Assembly (NCBI RefSeq): GCF_009914755.1
Contig: NC_060933.1
DNA: 64,000 nt
Strand: one strand, 5' to 3'
Origin: the human T2T-CHM13v2.0 reference genome, Homo sapiens
Shown: positions 61,165 through 64,000 of the stretch, piece after piece
Layout of the letters: the number at the start of each line of letters is the position of its first letter
Position numbering within the stretch: position 1 is the first letter of the stretch
Program-made: the position numbers and the translations under genes
The notes under the pieces: generated by a model
Database searches by the model: none
Told to the model about the DNA's origin: nothing
The model's input: the letters and a program-made list of their open reading frames with translations, nothing else

Positions 61165-62132
61165 TGATATGGTTTGGCTCTGTGTCCCCACCCAAAGTTC
61201 ATCTCAAATTGTAATCCCCACATGTTGAGGGAGGAACTTAGTGTTGCGGCCTGTAGTTCAGCAAGTGGGAGGGAGTGGCATCCAGTGGCTTTGTTTCTTC
61301 TCTCTTGTTGTTCACTGAGCAGGAGGGAGAGTTGCCACTCTTTCACTCCTGCTGCACACAGATTGGAGAGCAGGTGCATTACAAGTTTTTTGCTCCCTCG
61401 GTTTGGCAAGTTCTGGGTTCTTGTCCCTCAACCAAGAGAAATAAGGTACACAAACACTAGAGAGTAAGTCAGAGTAAAATCTTATTGAGGGACAGAAAGC
61501 TCTCAGCAGGGAGAGGGGACCCAAAAGTGGGTTGGCATCTGTGAGGCTGAGTCTGGGGTTTTATGGGCTTAGAATGGGGGAGTGTGTGCTGATTGGTCTG
61601 TGGGTGGTCTTGGAAAGGCACCATTTGATTGGTTGAAAGCTATCATTCGGAAGGAACCAATTGAGAGAGAGTGGGTAAGATGGGGATGGAAGTTCTCACT
61701 CTGGTCATGGACTCTAGCCAGAACGGGCAGCTTGGTTTGCAGGCTTTAAACTGTCCTTGGCTTGAAAGTTGGGTTTTGCTAGGGCCTCATCTCTGTCTGC
61801 CTAGGAATTTGTCTGTCTCCTGTGACTATCACTGGTGTGAGGTGATTGCATCATGGAGACAGCTTCCCCCATGCTGTTCTCATGATAGTGAGGGAATTCT
61901 CATGAGATCTGGTTGTATGATAAGTGTCTGACATTTCCCCTGCATGCTCTCTCTCTCTCTCTCCTACCACCTTGTGAAGAAGGTACTTGCTTCTCCTTCA
62001 CCTTTCACCATGATTGTAAGTTTCCTGAGGCCTCCCTAGCCATGTGGAACTGTGAGTCAATTAAACCCCTTTTATTTATAAATTACCGTCTCATATAGTA
62101 TCTCTATAGCAGTGTGAAAATGGACTAATACA
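61165..62132 (+). mobile_element. MSTA/THE1-type MaLR solo LTR split by an ERV1 LTR
   Basis: tgatatggtttggctctgtgtccccaccc…gcagtgtgaaaatggactaataca. Perfect TSD CATGC at 61160 and 62133. Confidence 0.92.
61242..61831 (-). mobile_element. ERV1 solo LTR (MER52/LTR27-related)
   Basis: TG…CA termini. Contains gtgtgtgctgattggtc and gctttaaactgtccttggcttgaaagttgggttttg…gtgactatca. It interrupts MSTA at gaggaac|ctggtg. Confidence 0.75.
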
Positions 62133-62525
62133 CATGCATAGGGTGAGTTATCAAGGAATGGGCATTGAACTTCCATGCCTTCTCCAGGTGAGCCACCTTC
62201 CAGGAACCTCCATATGTTCAGCTATCTGGAAACTCCCCAAACCCAGTCCTCTTGGGTTTTTGTAGAACTCTTCTTTCCCCCATGGTAGGATACACGGCCT
62301 TCTCAGGGGAGAGTCTTAAGACTCACAATTAGAAATACATGGAAAACTAGAGTCCTGACTTGGGGCAAGTGAAGGGAAAGCCGGAGAAGAGATTCTGTTA
62401 CCTGAGGTCTACACCCAAGGCCTAACACACCCAACATTATAAGAAAAGACTGTATTAAGGGATATGAGAGTTATGAGCCAGGAATCGTCAATAAAAACAC
62501 TACCTGTATATATCATAACTCCATA

Positions 62526-64000
62526 GGCCACACCCTAGTTTTTGACCTAGGATCCATTACATCAAAAGAATATGCGTAGTCATTAATAGTTCTGTCCATC
62601 ATATTGTATGAATGTTTCCCAGGGTGAGAGCACTCAGATTTGCAGGTTTCCTTTCACTCTTGTCAGATTCCAGAAGCAGGAGCGGTCTTTTCAGATATGC
62701 AGCTTCACTCTTTCAGCTTTCAAACATCTGTAATAATTGAGCTGAGACAATATCATTTCTTGTTCTGAGACTATTTTGAGTTGTTAGTATTGAATTTTCC
62801 TCAATTAACAACCCATCTATTCATTTCCTTAAGCTACTGTTCCTCCTTCTCTTCATTAATACCCAAACTTTTTCACCTTTGCAGGGGACATTAGAATTGC
62901 CACTATGCTGGTCTAGATTGCAGGCAGCAATACAAGTCTACCAAGTACCCCCTCCTCAGTCCACTCCTATTTGGATAAGGTAAGGTTATATAGGTGCAGA
63001 ACTAGTGAGCTATTTTTTTTTTTTTTTTTTTGAGACGGAGTCTCGCTCTGTCGCCCAGGCTGGAGTGCAGTGGCGCGATCTCGGCTCCTAGGGAGCTATT
63101 TTTACCACCAGGCAACATAGCTGCATTCACTCTTACCACCATTTTGCTTAATAGGGTGGAACACAATCCACCCGCATCAGGGCATTTGGAATTCTGACAC
63201 AAGTTTTTAAACCACAGTTAGTTTCTTGTTTAGAAGCCATCTCTGCTTTCAGCACCTGTAGTTGCAGCCCTGGTCTTAGGATCACTCTATCAGGTAGGGG
63301 AGAAGAAGAAACTTTTTTTTTTTTTTGCATGTGTGGTGATTTGGGGAAGGAAAAGTTATAGTTGTTATACCAGTGTACTCCTCCCTTGGTAAGAATTACA
63401 TAGTCATACTAGCACCCGCCCCACTCCCTCTTCCCCAGATCAAACAGAAAAACAGAAAAATCTAGAAGGGACACTCCTTTAGACCCATTCATGTTGAGTG
63501 TGAGCACACACTTATGAAAATGTGTAAGCCAACTCTTTATACTTTCATCTGCCCTTGTTTTAGACAACCAGTGTTTAAAATTGCCTGTTCTACTTTTCTA
63601 TCAAATTCTCTCTCTAAGAAGGATATCTCAGCCCATTTTTGGACATTATGGGCAGTACAGTGTGTTCCTTGGTCTGATGAAATGACAGCCAGCCATCCAA
63701 GACATCCAAATTCATGCCACTTCTTCTCTATCTTCTCTTCTGTTTTTATTATTTATTATTTTGTTTTGTTTTTTAAATGGCACTCTGAACATTTGCATCT
63801 GCCACTGGGTAAGCAAAGTTCACTCCAGAGTCAGTGTCTATTCCTGTCAAGACCCATTTGTAGCCCTCCGTGGCTGCCAGCATCAGTCTCACTTCCCAGC
63901 TATGAGGGCCTTCCCATCAGGGAATTGGCCCTATAGCCATCAGCAATCTCTCTCTCTTGCTGAGAAACAAAACAGTTCGTATTGGCATCATGTGCTTGAA
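62526..64000 (-). mobile_element. Internal region of the MER21-associated ERVL provirus (3' part), continuing beyond the window
   Basis: A polypurine-tract-like agggtgtggcc directly precedes the LTR on the - strand. The adjoining sequence resembles degenerate retroviral internal sequence. Confidence 0.65.
63013..63087 (-). mobile_element. Severely 5'-truncated young Alu (3'-most ~56 bp plus poly(A))
   Basis: T19 followed by gagacggagtctcgctctgtcgcccaggctggagtgcagtggcgcgatctcggctc. TSD ctag(t/g)gagcta(tttt) at 63002 and 63088. Confidence 0.93.

Larger units (their letters stand above)
60761..62525 (-). mobile_element. MER21-family LTR split by an MSTA insertion
   Basis: aactctcaaactgtgtttttcctctactctcacacc…gagatagcatcagatcccatgggttgagg. 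It resumes at 62138 and runs to gagttatgagccaggaatcg…tatcataactccata. Confidence 0.82.

Overview
This is primate (human-like) non-coding genomic DNA, AT-rich and mostly made of interspersed repeats: many Alu copies, several old L1 fragments, a mostly complete L1PA16-like element, L2, CR1/L3 and MIR relics, Tigger and Charlie MITEs, and numerous LTR elements (a complete MaLR provirus, MER4A1, MLT1 family, MLT2A2, LTR12C, and a MER21 provirus end with MSTA and an ERV1 LTR nested in it). The only cellular-gene-derived sequence I recognise is a 5'-truncated, disabled beta-tubulin retrocopy at about 13.7-14.4 kb. I see no intact protein-coding exon, RNA gene or CRISPR array, and I cannot support a new biological system here. 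The most unusual observations are structural. (1) The tubulin retrocopy has a TUBB8-like body, a TUBB4B-like tail and a double poly(A) structure. (2) An L1 fragment at about 30.7 kb contains a fold-back palindrome with arms of about 80 bp. (3) A locally templated copy of an L2 piece sits inside a younger MLT1 LTR at about 28.7 kb. (4) There is a CpG-rich, intact LTR12C promoter. (5) There is a triple-nested LTR stack. Repeat family names come from my recollection of consensus sequences and need RepeatMasker/Dfam confirmation. Boundaries without a stated target-site duplication (TSD) are approximate.
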